Shown here: piece by piece, positions 47,372 through 60,833 of the stretch
Layout of the letters: each line of letters opens with the position of its first letter
Position numbering within the stretch: the stretch's first letter is position 1
From: Selaginella moellendorffii
Lineage: Eukaryota > Plantae > Lycopodiophyta
Length of the DNA stretch: 64,000 nt
NCBI RefSeq assembly: GCF_000143415.4
Contig: NW_003314323.1
Span: forward strand, 1,058,499 to 1,122,498
Reading direction: 5' to 3'
Translations under genes and position numbers: made by a program
Notes under the pieces: model-generated
The model's database searches: none
Told to the model about the DNA's origin: nothing
Seen by the model: only the letters and a program-made list of their open reading frames with translations

Positions 47372-50300
47372 TCAAAGTGCTTGCCCCATTAGGGTTCTTG
47401 AAACCTGTAACTGTTGGTTGGCTGATCGTGTGGCGCTCGATTGCTGGTGATGAACGGTAGAGATTTGTTGATGGAATTGATGTAGTTTGATTTGGCTTGA
47501 TTGCAAATCAATGGTGGATATTGCTGATGAAGTTAACTCAAGTTCAACTGTTGATATTTGCTCAGGTGGCATAGATCCAACGGTAGCTTGGGACTTAGAG
47601 ATTTTTGCTACTGTTTGTTGCTGAAGTTGGTGGATGAGTTCGTGTTGAGTTGAGTTGAGTTGTGTTGAACTGATTTGAGTTAAAGTTTGTCTGCTGGGGT
47701 GAGTGTTGATTGTTGGTTTTGGGGTGTTTGTCGGTTTGGGTCTGAAATTTGCTGAGGTGCTGATGCTGAATATGTCAACGTGATATGGTCGAAGCTTGTT
47801 GAGGTTGACGATCTCAGTGAATTCTTCAGCGAGTGTGCTGACTTTGGCGGTGCCGTTGGGGTATAGTTCAATGATTTTGAAAGGTCCTTGCCAGTTGGTG
47901 TGGAGTTTTTGGCCAAGTTTGCCGATGGGTCCTCGGTACCAGAGAACATGATCATCGACACTGTATTTGGGAATGTTATGCTGGGATGCTTGTCGGTTGT
48001 GCCGAGCTTTTCTCTGTTTTTGGATGGCATGAAGTGTCCAGAGGGCATTGAGTCGGAGTTCGTCGAGATGTTCGAGTTGCTGAAGCCTTTCTCGAACTGC
48101 ATGTCGGGTGTCGAGATTATACTGGACGGTGACTCGCATGCTTGGGACGATGAATTCAATTGGCGTGATGGCTTCTGTTCCGAAGGCGAGTTTGAATGGC
48201 GTCATGTCAGTGGTGACTTTATACGCAGTGCGATAGGCCCAAAGTACGTCAAGAAGTTTGTTGTCCCAGTCTTTGCCAGAATCGTTGATGACTTTTTTGA
48301 GGATGGTCTTCAGTGTTTTGTTCGTTGCTTCTGCTTGACCGTTGCCTTGAGGATAGTATGGTGTCGGCGTTTTGTGTCGGATTTTGAACTCGGTGGCGAG
48401 ATGTTCGATTGTTTGGTTGATGAAGTGGGTGCCTCTATCGGTGACGAGTTCGAGTGGTGTGCCGAAACGAGTGATGATATTTTTGTAGATGAAGGTTGCT
48501 GTTGCTTTCGCTGTGGCATGTCGGAGAGGTATTGCTTTGGCCCACTTGGTAGTGTAATCGGTGGCGATGATGATGTACTGATTTCATTGACGGGTGCTGA
48601 CTTGGGGTCCGATGAAGTCGAGTCCCCATTTCTGAAATGGTGCCATTGGGAATGTTGGGTTGAGTTGTTGAGTCTGAGTTTTCGGCGGTAATTGGTGTCT
48701 TTGACATGTGTCGCAGCGTTTGCAGAATTCTTCAGTGTCATGCAAGAGTGTCGGCCACCAGAGGCCGGCTTGAAGAATCTTCTGAGTTGTGGTGTCAGTG
48801 GCAAAGTGTCCGCCGGAAGGTCCATCGTGAGCTTCCTTGATGATTTGAGTTGTGCTTTGCGGTTTGATGCATTGGTGAAGAATGTTGTCAATTCCTAGTT
48901 TGTAGAGAGTGCCTCCGATGACTGAGTATTGTCAGGTTTTAGCAACAAAAGTCTTCTTTTGGTTGGACGTAGTGTACTGATCTGGAACTCGTGCTGAGTT
49001 CAGGTAACTGAAGATGTCATCAAGCCAGGTTGCTGGTATTGAAACTCGGAATAGGTTTGAGTCGGGTAAGTCATCGGTAAGTCTTTCGGGTTTGTCGCTG
49101 GTGGTGATCCGGCTGAGATAATCTGCTTGCTCGTGATTTTTGCTGGGTTTGTGGACGATCTCGAAGTTGTATTCTTGTAGTAAAAGGAACCATCTTGATA
49201 TTCAACCAGATAATATTGGCTTGTTGATGAGGTAAAGGAGTGCCTTCTGGTCGACGAAAATTACAACTTTGGTTGACAGTATGTAGTGTTGAAACTTCTG
49301 AAGTGAGTAGATCATGTCGAGAGCTTCTTTCTCGGTGGTGGTGTAATTTCGTTCAGCTGGGTTGAGTAGTCGGCTGGCGTAGTAGATCGGTTGATCTCGG
49401 TTGTCGTGTTGAGTTTGGCTCAGAATTGCACCAGTGGCGACGTCGGAAGTGTCGACATGAATGTGGAACTCTTGTGTCCAATCAGGCTTGGCAAGGATTG
49501 GTGCTGTTGTTAGTTTGAGTTGGAGATTGTCGAATGCTTGTTGCTGTTCGGACATCCATGTCCATTGGGCATCTTGTTTCAGTCCATCGGTGAGTGGTTT
49601 GGCAATGTGAGTGTACTTGTGGATGAATCGTCGGTGATATCTGACTTTGCCGAGGAAGCGCCGAAGCTCTTTCTGGTTCTTCGGTGGTTTGAGTTTGGAG
49701 ATGATGTCGACTTTGTCCTTGTCGATGAGAATGCTGTCTTTGCAGACAATGTGGCCGAGAAGTACTCCAGATTTGACGAAGAAAGCGCATTTGTCGGGGT
49801 TGAGTGCTATGTTGTTCTCCTCGCACTTGTTGAGGCATTTCTCCAGGCATTCAAGATGTTGATCTTCCGAGCTGAAAACGCTGAAGTCGTCCATGAAGAC
49901 TCTCATGAAGTCGGTGAGGTAGTCTCGGAAAGTGTTGGTGACAAGCCTTTGGAAGGTGAATGGGGCATTGCAGAGTCCAAAAGGCATTCGTCGATAAGCA
50001 TAGGCTCCCCATGGACTGATGAATGCTGTCTTGTGCTGATCTTCTTCGGCGATGTGAATTTGGTTGTAGCCGGAGAAACCATCGAGGAAGGAATACATCT
50101 CGTGTCTGGCGACTGTGTCAAGAACTTCGTCGGTAAATGGTATTGGGAAGACATCTTTTTCGGTGGCATCATTGAGCTGTTTATAGTTGACGCAGATTTG
50201 AAGTTTGCCATTTTTCTTTGGCACAACCACTAGTGGTGAAAGCCATATCAGATTCTGAATTAGGTAGATGTACTCAACTTGGAGAAGTTTGTCAAGTTCT

Positions 50301-53300
50301 TTCTTTACTTGTTCCATCAGATTCGGATTCATCCAGTAAGCTGCTTGTCGTCTTGGTTTTGAGTCTGGAAGAAGGGTGATGGTGTGAAGGCTGAGTTTTG
50401 GGGAAACTCCCTTAAGGTCTCGATAACTCCAAGCGAACAAGTGTTTCTTCTTCCGGAGAAGATTGATGTCTTTGTCTCGAAAACTTGCCGAGATGTCAGT
50501 GGCGAGTACAATGTAGTGTTCGTTGCCGTCGTCGGCAAGGCTGACTTTTTTGAGTTTTTGGTCGGCTGGAATTGACGGAATGTAGGCAACTTTGTTGTGG
50601 TTGTCGACTATGAATGCTGGTGGCGCTTCGAGTTTTGTATCTTGAGTGACTGGATTTTTCAATGCTGATGTAATCGGGGGTCGTTCTCGTTGGAAGTCGG
50701 TGACAATTCGGAAGAGGTCGATCTCGGCCAAAGGTTAGAGATCAGGGTAGGCTTTGAGAATTTGTTGTTCTTCATAGTCATCGAGGCCATCTTCGAGATT
50801 ATATTCTTCCAAGTCAATAGGTCGGTTGTGGCTGGACAGGGATTTGGTCACTTTTGTCGACATGGTTGTTGGTCGGTCCGGTCCTCGAAGGATAAGATTG
50901 TCATTGGGCCAATCTTGATAAACTTGGGCAATTCGGAGCCAAGGTCAACCGAGGAGAATTGAGTATCCGTCGGTCTGCTCCAGTAGTTTGAGGACAACAT
51001 AGTTGACTGGTATTTCGATGCCTTGAATGGTGGTGTTGACTTTTCGGATGATGCCTTTGGGTTGAACAGTTCAGTGGTCGGCCATTCGGACATTGAAAGG
51101 TGCTGGGTGAACTGGGCCGATGTTGAGTTGTTGAACAAGACTTTCTTCAATAATATTAACGCTGGAGCCGCCGTCAATTATGGCTCCTCGAACAAGATGT
51201 TTGTCGAGTCGTAGGTCGATTGTCAAAACATCATTGTCACAATCAGCTGGTTGAATCTCAGTTCGAAATGTGTCAACACCCGTCTGTGTCGAGTTGAGTG
51301 TGAGTGAGTCTGTCAAAGTGTTGGTCGGTGCAAATGTCAGATCAGTGAGCTGTTTGGTGAGGTAGGGTGCAATCTTCAGCAGTTGGCCGATGTTGATCTG
51401 AATATTTTGATTGAGGATAGTCTTTGCTACTACTTGGATTTTGTCGAAGTTTGCCGAATTGTGTTCTGGTGTCGGTGTCGATGTTGGACGATTTGTCTGT
51501 CCATTTTCTGATATTGAGTCTTGGCATTGTTGTCAGCTGGTGATGGTTGAGCTTCATTGTCGGAGTCTAAAATCACTAATTCGGGTTGTTGTAGAGCGAG
51601 TTGCCATTGTATCTTGGCAGCTAACTTTTGCTTCTTTTTCCATTCCCGGAGTTTTGTTAGGCTCTCAGGGCCTTTCTGTTCACTATCTCCGGAATCTCTG
51701 TCTGGTTGTTGTTGTTTTTCTGCTCGAATTTGTGCTCGGGTTTGTACTGCCATGACTTGAGGATCTGAGTTGTCATTGTCGGCATAAGGTAGTTCGTCAG
51801 TCTTGACCATCCTTGTTGTTGGTGGTTGCTGCTGGTTCTGATCTTGTTGTCGAGGAGGCGGTGGACCAAGTCTCGGTGGTTTTGAAGTCAAGGTTGCCAT
51901 GGTCGGTTGTTATAGGTGCCTTGGGAGGCCTGGTCTTGATAACCTTGGCCTTGGTATCTTCGGTTCTGGTATCTTGGGTATTGTTGGTATCCTTGGTTGT
52001 AGTTGTCTCGGTTTGCTGGGTAGTTCCGGTTCGGTGGGTGTTGTCGATCATTGTAGTTGTTGTTGTAGTTGTTGTTGTAATTGTTGTAGTTGTTGTAGCG
52101 AGGTTGATCATTCCATTGTCGACTCTGGTGTTGGAAGTTGTTTCTCGGTGGTCTCCAGTTTGTCGGAGGTGGTGGCTGGTAATTGTCGAAGTATTGATTT
52201 GGATATGGTTGTCGAAACTGCTGTCGGGGATAGTTCGAGACTTGTCGAACTTCTGGAGAATTTCGAAATCTGCAAGTCTTGGCGTCATGACCTTCTTTGG
52301 TACAGATCTGGCATTTGGAGATTTGGAGCTTGTAGTCACTTGCCGGATGTCTTTTGTTCTTGCACTTAGTACACCAAATTCCAGATCGAAATTCTTTGAT
52401 GTCGGCCTTGGCTTTTCCCTTGAGCTTGTCGATTGTTTTCCTAAGTTTCTAAAGTTTTGACTTGGTGCTCTCTCCAAGTTCATCATCGGAGTCATCGTTG
52501 GAACTGCTATCAGAATCTGAGTTATCCGTGTCATCTACTTGTGCTGTCATTCGTCGAGCTTGAATATCTTGAAGGGCTCTTGCAAGTTCGAGATAAGTGG
52601 CAACGTTGATGTGTGTTGCCGCTTCTCGGAGGGATCGTCGGAGGCCTTGCATGTACCATTGGTAAAGTAATGTTTTGGTGGCACTGTTGCCGCATTTGCT
52701 GGCATGTCGAGTGAAGGTTTGAGTGTAGTCGTCGATGGATTGACCAGACTTTTGCTTGAGTTTTTGGATCTTGTGAAGTCGTTGGCTTTGAGTGAGGGAA
52801 GACTTGAATCGGTCTACGAGTTTGAGTGTGAGGTCGTCGAAACTTGTATTTTGAGGAAGCGTTTGAGCCCATTCGTTGGCTCTCTTTTGAAGGGTACATC
52901 GGAAATAGTATGGAAGTTCAGTCGTCTAGCTGTTGATTCGGATTGCTTCTCGGAACTGTTCAACATGTTTCTCGGTGTCTTCTGACTTCAGACCATGAAA
53001 TAGTGGATAGGAGACGTCTTCCGACATGTATGTTGGCAACGGCGGTAGTGACTGCCATTTGCTGTTGGTAGTAATGTTGGTATTGTCGAGGTTGTTTTGT
53101 CAGTTTGTCACCGTGGAGTCCTAAGGTGATTTGTAGCAAGGGGTTGTCGGGGTCGACAACAAAGTTGGTGTAAGAGGAAGGTGGTGGTGAAATGTTGTTG
53201 TTATTCAGTGGACTCTTCTCTGTTTTTTCTTCTATGTTGGGATTGTTTTCTGGTGTGTCATCGATGTCGTCGTCAGTGTCGGGTTGCTTGCCGGTGTTGA

Positions 53301-54207
53301 TTTTCGGAAGATGGTGTTTGAACTTGTTGTCGACGTATTTGTCGGAGTTATGTTGTCTTGGTTGTGGTTGTTCTTCTAAATTGTCAAAGAGTTCTTCAAA
53401 TGTATAGTTGTGTGGGGATTGTGGTTGCTGTGGAAGATTGTTGTCGTCAACGATTGGTTCGTCGATCTCGTTGTTGTTGGATGATTGTAGCTGTTCGGCA
53501 GTTCGGTGCGAGTTGTTGACGTCGAGTGCTTGACTATTGGACGATTCGGGTTGTTCGTCTTTACTGCTGTTGACTGGGTATATTGGAGTGCGACTGTAAT
53601 TAGTGAAGTCGAGTTGTTGTCTCATTGGCGCGTTGAAGTCGAAAGCATGTTCGAAAGGTCTTGCTGATAGCGGGCTTCGGTAGATGTTGGAAGCAAATGT
53701 GGGATATATTGGTGTTGTGAAGATCGGTCGGTATGGCGAAAATGGTGCTGGTCTGGTGAAGTCTGTGAAGCTGGGCGGGAAACTTGGTCGTTCGTCGTCA
53801 CTGTAGATGGGGTTGGTGAATGTACCTTTGAAGTGGTTGTATGCTGCTTGAAAAATGTTTTGTTGCTCGGGCGTAGTCTGTGTCGACTGCTCAAATGTTC
53901 GGTCGGGCTCGGGCACTTTGGTGGGTGCCGTCGAGGGTGTTGATTCAAGCTCGGGCACTTCGGTGGGTGCCGTCGAGGGTGTTGATTCAAGCTCGGGCAC
54001 TTCGGTGGGTGCTATCGAGGGTGTTGATTCAGGCTCGGGCACTTCAGTGGGTGCTGTCGAGGGTGCTACCGGTGGTGTGTCTGGTGGTGTTGTGTAGTCG
54101 TCGTATTCTTCGCAGATGTCCGATACTGACTTGTCGGAGTTAGCTCGCGGTAATAATTTGTGTCGGATGTAATTCTCTCTCTTGGAGGGTCTAACAACTT
54201 GATTCAA
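47372..54207 (-). pseudogene. gag-pol polyprotein of gypsy family B (frameshifted)
   Basis: Protease GAIIDGGSSVNII; RT YSFLDGFSGYNQI..MPFGLCNAP..FMDD; RNase H VDTSDVATGAIL..IYYASR..NYTTTEKE; integrase C-terminus TPFKLAFG..WQGPFKI with no chromodomain. Confidence 0.9.
53905..54066 (-). repeat. 39-bp tandem repeat (~4 copies; STAPTEVPELEST) in the gag N-terminus
   Basis: GCTCGGGCACTTCGGTGGGTGCCGTCGAGGGTGTTGATT units. Confidence 0.85.
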
Positions 54208-57200
54208 CTTCTCTTAGTCTTTCTTTCTCTTTGTTTCTAAAGTCTTCAAATCTCTATCTAAACATCGGATAAGTCGTTGTCGGTCTTCTTCCGACTTGCT
54301 GGATGTTCTTCGTGGTTTTGGATACATGCATTCTTCTACTGGTTGTCGGTGTCAGATTCGTGTGTGCAATCAATCATGCAGTGCGGGCAGAACTTCGGGA
54401 ATACTGTTGGCGGGCTAATTGTCGATAAAGTTGTTGTGAGCTTGTTCGTTCTTTTCAGTGCACATATTGATGGTGGTGTGTGTTGGGTTGGGTTGTGTTC
54501 AGCCGAGTTGTGTTGGGTCGAGTGTGCTGGTGCAGTATGCAGACTGGTCTTCCACTGGCTGGTGCCGAGATGGAGTTCAATGAAGAGTTTCGGATATTCG
54601 GGTTTGTCTGGAATGATTTCTTCGATAATGTCATCGAGTTGTTCGAGTTAGGATTGGGCGATGGCGTGATTGGCGAGAATTGTTGCAGCGAACGTGTTGA
54701 TTTCAAACCGAGTTTGAACTGTTGTTTTAGTGCTGAGCTGCTGACTTTGTCGGAGGGGTTGTTGAAAAATTGGTGGTGCGTTGTGAAGTTGTCCCTCGAC
54801 AAGTTGTCCAATACCGGGTAACAGAGTGATGGGTTCATCGTTGGTGTTGGTTTTGAGGATGTGCTTCGGTATTTGGAGTGGGCGCAGGAACTGGAATTGT
54901 GTCGGAATGCTAGGATTGCTGGGTCCACAATTGCACGGAAGATGGGTTTGTTTCGGTAGTGGTGTCGGTTTGTGTTGAGCGTGCTGGTTGATGTCTTGAG
55001 CTTGGAGTGGGTGGTCTTGTGCTCGGAGATGGAGTTTGCCAATGAAGCTGCTGAGGGCGTTCGCTGATGAAGGTGCTGGTAGATTGGAGTTTCTTGTCAA
55101 AGAGGGTTGTTGGTGTTCTCCGTCGGTGATTGGACTTGGAGATCTTGAGAGAGAGCTTTCAGGTTCTTCAAATATCTCCTCTAGAAAGTGTCTGTCTTTA
55201 CTGCATTGGGCAGCAACCGCTTGGACGCCGTTGATCCATGGTGGCAGTGGCATTTGCGTGTTGAATTTGGGCGAATGTACGAATTAGGGCATAATTTGGG
55301 CGAATTTGGGCGAGATGGGTAGATTTCTGGATCGTTCTTGCTATTTGTGCACAAAGAATGGAGAAAAAATGGAAGAATTTGTGAACCTGAAGGGGAATTC
55401 AGAAGCTGTGGTTGCCAAATGAAGAGGTGTGAAAACTCCTCTTCACTGGAAATCTATTGTTAATAAGAAAACAAAAGAGAAAAGGGCCCAATCTCCAAGG
55501 GCAGAGAAGAAGCATGAGTAAAAGAATGTTGTGTATTGATAAGAAAAACGATGGAATGGAGATAGGGATCCACAATTCGGATTCCCCCCTTTGAAAGGCT
55601 AGCAGTTCTAACTGCTAGCATATACTATATGCTATGCATGATTTAATCTATGGCTCCGATGCAGCCCTAGGTTCAAAGTCGGAGTCCCCTGAACTTGGGT
55701 TTTTGGTTGATACACTAGCCCCGAGAATGGCATCCATGCCATTCAACGTTTGCATTTGGTCCAAGTGCTCCATGTGTCTAGTCCCATGATCGACACCCCA
55801 AGGCACCACCAACATACCAACCCGTTACGCTAGGCCATGCTCAATCACCTTGGTCACATCGGTGGTCTAACACCACCTGCATTGCAATCCTGTCTTTCCA
55901 AGATTGGGCCATCTGTCCATGAGTGGTCATCCTAGATCCACTCCTTAACATCCTTAGAATGCCCACAGACATAAGGAATAGCTTTCCCCAATATCTCCTT
56001 TCTGGTTCCCACCAAGTCCCTCTTTGTCCTTGGCCGTGTTTGCCAACACCGCCACTGGATCAAGGCCCACAGGCCCGACCACTAAGTCCCACAGTCCTTT
56101 GGGACTTCCTCACCGCACGACTATATCCTTGGTCACTACACCAGAGGACTACTCCTCTTCCTTTCCATAGTCTGGGCCTTTGGGACAACATTTCGGAACA
56201 CCGTGGCCTTACGCAAGCCTCGTGGGTACTCTCCCCGCCTTCCGCCTTTGGGTGCTTTAGCCATGGGCTTAGAGTGAGGTTTCGTTGAGCCACGTCTGGT
56301 ATCCAAGTAGGTAGTGCCACCCACACTTGGATTGGGAGCATCGGCCAGTTGATCTTCAGGGGGAACTAAAGCCGACTCTTGAACACTTCACCAAGTTACC
56401 TCGTTTGTCGGTCTGTATTCACTCTAGTCTTGGACTTCCCAGTGGGCAGCTCATCACCCAACACTGGGTACAGCCTTCCTGGGCCAAACTAGCCTTTCCT
56501 GGCCAAACTGGCTCCACTGTAGTCTTCCCCCTTACTATATTTTTGGAGCTCACCAAACCCCCCAGGGTCTGGGAGACGAACGCTTTGGGCTTTCACCCTC
56601 TCGGGCTCGGGCTCAGGCGCGGTCTCGAGCCCGAGCGCGGGCTCGGGTGCGGTCTCAGGCTCGAGCGTAGGCGCGGGCGCGGTCCCGGTCCCGATCGCGG
56701 TCTCGGTCTCGGTCTCGGTCCTGGTCTCGGTCTCGGTCTCGGTCTTGGTCCCGGTCTCGGTCTCGACCTCGGACTCCATCTTGGACTTCGTCTCGGTCCA
56801 TCTTGGACTCCATCTCGGACTCCATCTCGGGTCCATCTCGGACTCCATCTCAGACTGCATCTCGGACTCCGTCTCGGTCCATCTCGGACTCCATCTCGGA
56901 CTCCGTCTCAGTCCATCTCGGACTCCATCTCAAACTCCATCTCAGACTCCATCTCAAACTCCGTCTCGGTCCATCTTGGACTCCATCTTGGACTCCATCT
57001 CGGACACTTCCATGTGTCATGTATTGGTCCTTTTGGGTCCCTTTTTAGAGCCTCGCTTATTGCTCGCTTCGTGCTCATTCCTCGAGCACTTTGTTGGGAG
57101 TTCCACTCCTGCTCTCAACCTTTTAAGGCGGAGCTTTAACTCCAAACGTGTTACGCTCGTTTGGCTTTCGCTTTAGCCACTACCACGTGACGCCCTTCCG

Positions 57201-60200
57201 GCTCCACTTTGGGGCCTAGGGATTTTGTGTCTCACACTTATGTCCATTTGGCTAAGTATAGGTGCTAAGCCCAATTTACTAACACTTGAACAAGAGGGGC
57301 TGATAAAGGAAACTAGCAATACCAACCTCTTGCCATCGTGACGGTAAATAAAGAGTGTCTGTAAGGACTGGCTGACAGGTAACTTTCGATACCCAAAGTT
57401 ACATTCGCGACACTCTCCCCCCCTAGGGAAGATCGACGTCCTCATCGATGCATACTCGAGTCTAGAATACTGCCAAGAAAACAACTCTAGAAAAAGTTCA
57501 CGGTACTCACACTATGTGAAAAATGCACCAAATGAATTAAGAGTCAACCTCTTTGTCTAATGCGGCTGCACTACCAGCTCAGACACCTTCCAGCCGTCAC
57601 CGACAAGGAAATGATCAATGGAGTTAGCCACCCTTGCTACTCTAGGTGTCACCCAAATTACAAAAGTGTGATATGCCCCTGCCTACAGGGACATAGAGAA
57701 AGAAGCCAGAGGCCCCAACCCTCTTGAGCAAAGAAACTAAACCTGTTGGTAAGATTTAGATAGACTACTGTAAACAGGTAGGTAGAGTTGTTTACATAGT
57801 CACACCCTTTTAAATAGAATAAGGAACATCAACAGAGAAGCGGGTTATGTGACCAATCAATAGCAGCTACTCTATGACTAAAGATTTCACCATACACACG
57901 AAGTGCCGAAGCCAGTCTGCCTATACTGGCCCAAACTTAAAGATTAATAGATGGACAATATCAAAGTCATAGAAAATGATATCTTAGAGTCATAATTATT
58001 AGTGAATAAATCTTAGATTATAACATAAAAGTATTCCAAGTAAGTTATCAGCCGATAAACGAGTACTATACCAGAGGAACCACCACGATCGCCATAATCG
58101 GTAAACACAGGATGCACCATCCAACAAAATTGAATAGTAAGTATATCATTAAGGAAACTCAATGATAAAACTTAACTACCAAAGATTGTAAACAGTATGC
58201 TACATTTAAAGAACTCAAAAAACATAAAGTATTATTGACTGGCAAGCAAGATGCTCGCGAATTTATCACCCAAAGAAAATAACATCCCAATCTATCAGAA
58301 TTACTTGAACAATAATTAACAGAGCAAAATGAATGTGGTAATACTAACAAACACTTATTCATGTTAATTATAGCACCAACCAATCTAAATACATCCTGAT
58401 CAACAATACTAAAGAACCAAAGTTGCTCAAACAAGTGTTAGCAACATCCTACTGATGTTTCAAACCCAAGAGACCAATCCAGAGCAAACCACAAAGAACA
58501 TGAAAAGCCATAAGCCATCAAATAGCATAATTAACTATTATAAAAGATCATCAATCATCCCATCAATGAAGAGATGCATAACTATCATTGAATAAAGAAT
58601 CCACCATCCCAAAGAATAGCGAATCATCAATATCAACAATAATCAAGCAAAACTCTTTTGACAAGGATAATCAATTACTCTAAATGATAGTTAATCATCA
58701 CCAATGATTGCTAGATGTAGAAGCCAATGTCAACATCGAAGCTAATAAACCAAAATGCCTTCCCCAACAACTTCTAACAAATGAAATAATGAACATAAAA
58801 CTCAAAGAACCAAAAGTTTGAAAAAGCCTATAACTAAATCTTTGTCTATAATGATCACAAGTCTTGCATTAAATAACTTCAATGTTAAAGAAGAAATCAT
58901 GGTACAACCCATAATATCCTCCTCAACACATCCATAAGCTAAACTTCATAATGCCAAAGCTAATGAAGAGCATGTCTACATCAATCCAAAAGTTAAGCAT
59001 AACAAAGTTATGTTAAACAAACGATCACCAAACGATCCTCCATGAATCCATCTATAGCAAGACGTAAGTCACTTCATAACAAACACAAGAAGAATCATCA
59101 ATGATCAATATATTCCAATTCAAATCCAATAAGGATTCAAACATTCTAACATCGATCACTAACTCTTCTGCTTGTAGAGTTAACATGGTCCATGACTAAA
59201 TCATTTTTCAAGGAAAAGCTCAAAGCTCAACCCCTACTAAACAATCTCGTCTAGAATACAATTAACTCAACTTGCTACTCAGTTCATTTGAACATCAATA
59301 CAGTTGCTAACTAGCAATTGTACAAATACTAATAACACAAAGCCATAGCCAAATCATCAACATTATCTTCATTGAGACTAATGGAACTCGACATCAATCT
59401 TTCGGAAAGACATTTCATTTCACTCGAATCTCAATATCAATAATATCAATGACAAGGGATCACTTAAATGCCATTAACACCATCACAAAGCTAAAAGAAA
59501 GCAAGAGTGAATCACCACTCAAAACTCTTTTGCAACTAAGCTAACCAAAGTCGAAGATACTTTAGTTAGTATCCGAGACAAGTTCTTCAATAATACTTAG
59601 CTATAGATAACACTTCATCAATGAGTGAATCACCACACCCAAGACTTAATGAAATCCAACACTACGAAATGGAGAGAAATGATTTACGTGTTTGATCCTT
59701 CATCTTTAACAACTCTCTTTTTGGTTTCATCTTTGATTAAACCTCAAACTTGCATTTGCACTGCCTTCAGTTCAATCAAAGAAAAGTTTATGACAGAGCA
59801 CGGCACTACTTGAACCAATAGACTAATCCCTATAGTCTTGATTGATCCACTTGTAACCATGCCTAGGAAGGATCCACTAGTGCTATGTTAAACAGCTACG
59901 GACTAGCTTATTTACCACTCATAGCAAACCCAGGAAAAGGTTTATTTAACCCACGGTACATGGAACAACTCATGGAACTACCGATAAGTTAACATTAATC
60001 CTGCCAACTCAAAGTGTAACCTTGAGTTGCTAATGTGCTTCACTCACGAGCCCAAGCATAAACTTGTGCAAATGAAACTTCCCAAATCCATCTTATGAGC
60101 CCAAGAGCAAGCTCATACAATGCAGTACAAAAAGGTAACCAAACTCCATACCTAAGGAACAATTGCGAAGTGTTTGCACCCAAATGTGTACCCACTCGGA

Positions 60201-60288
60201 TCATCGTTTTCATCTCTGTATATGCAACAAGACTAGTTGCCCAATCTCATTGGATAGTACTCACTGAGACTCATCCTCTAATACCAAA

Positions 60289-60833
60289 TGTAGCACACGT
60301 GGCTTTTACCCTTTATCCTATGGTGATTTACCATAAGATAACACCACGAAGTGAAACCTAAACCCTTTATATGCCATGTGTCTTATGCCATGTGCTACAT
60401 GCCACATGTCCATAGGATAGTGGTGTGGAACCCAAGGTTCAGGGCCTTGGGCCACTGAACGAAGGAACAGTGCCAAACTCCCAAGCATGGATCTAAGAAG
60501 TGATGGAACCAGACCACGGAGCAACTCTTGAGCATACAGCCCAAGGAGCGAAGGAACAGGAGCCCAGAGCAACTGAAACAGTCCTAGAACAACCAGCATC
60601 CCAATGCCAGAACCAGCATGCAAAATGGAGCTAAACGGAGTCTAGCGCTATTTCGGCATACTAGTGGCCTAACATGAGGATATGGGTACTCCACCAGCTA
60701 GCATGGAATGGAACTTGGGCTTGGACTTAGGCCGGACGCAGAACAAGGACAGGCATGCAAGCGGGAGCTAGACTATGCCTCAGGTTGGTTGGCCATGCCC
60801 GATCTACCCACTATCCCTACATTTGGAACTACA
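60289..60833 (-). mobile_element. LTR family C, 5' LTR with an adjacent tRNA-iMet-type PBS; non-coding interior at 57242-60288
   Basis: TGTAG...CTACA termini. CTCTAATACCA (degenerate reverse complement of TGGTATCAGAG) lies immediately to its left. Homologous to 28567-29121, but the flanks CATCC and TTCAG do not form a TSD. Confidence 0.78.

Larger units (their letters stand above)
43142..55714 (-). mobile_element. Non-chromoviral Ty3/gypsy retrotransposon (family B) inserted into the family A 5' LTR
   Basis: TSD CTAGC at 43137-43141 and 55715-55719. The 5' LTR is 55420-55714 with PBS-like TGGCAACCAC. Only ~70 bp of the 3' LTR remain (43142-43212). Domain order gag-PR-RT-RH-INT. Confidence 0.92.
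29743..57236 (-). mobile_element. Non-coding LTR retroelement family A, outer copy (3' LTR 29743-31181; 5' LTR 43026-43141 plus 55720-57236), hosting two nested insertions
   Basis: TSD CTTAT at 29738-29742 and 57237-57241. The reverse complement of the PPT is at 31182-31195 and of the tRNA-iMet PBS (GCTCTGATACCA) at 43011-43022. Confidence 0.9.

Noticed and set aside
47888-52460. Plus-strand hydrophobic V-rich ORFs suggesting an env or membrane protein
   Set aside because: They are antisense to gag-pol and are explained by the A/C-rich skew of the sense strand.
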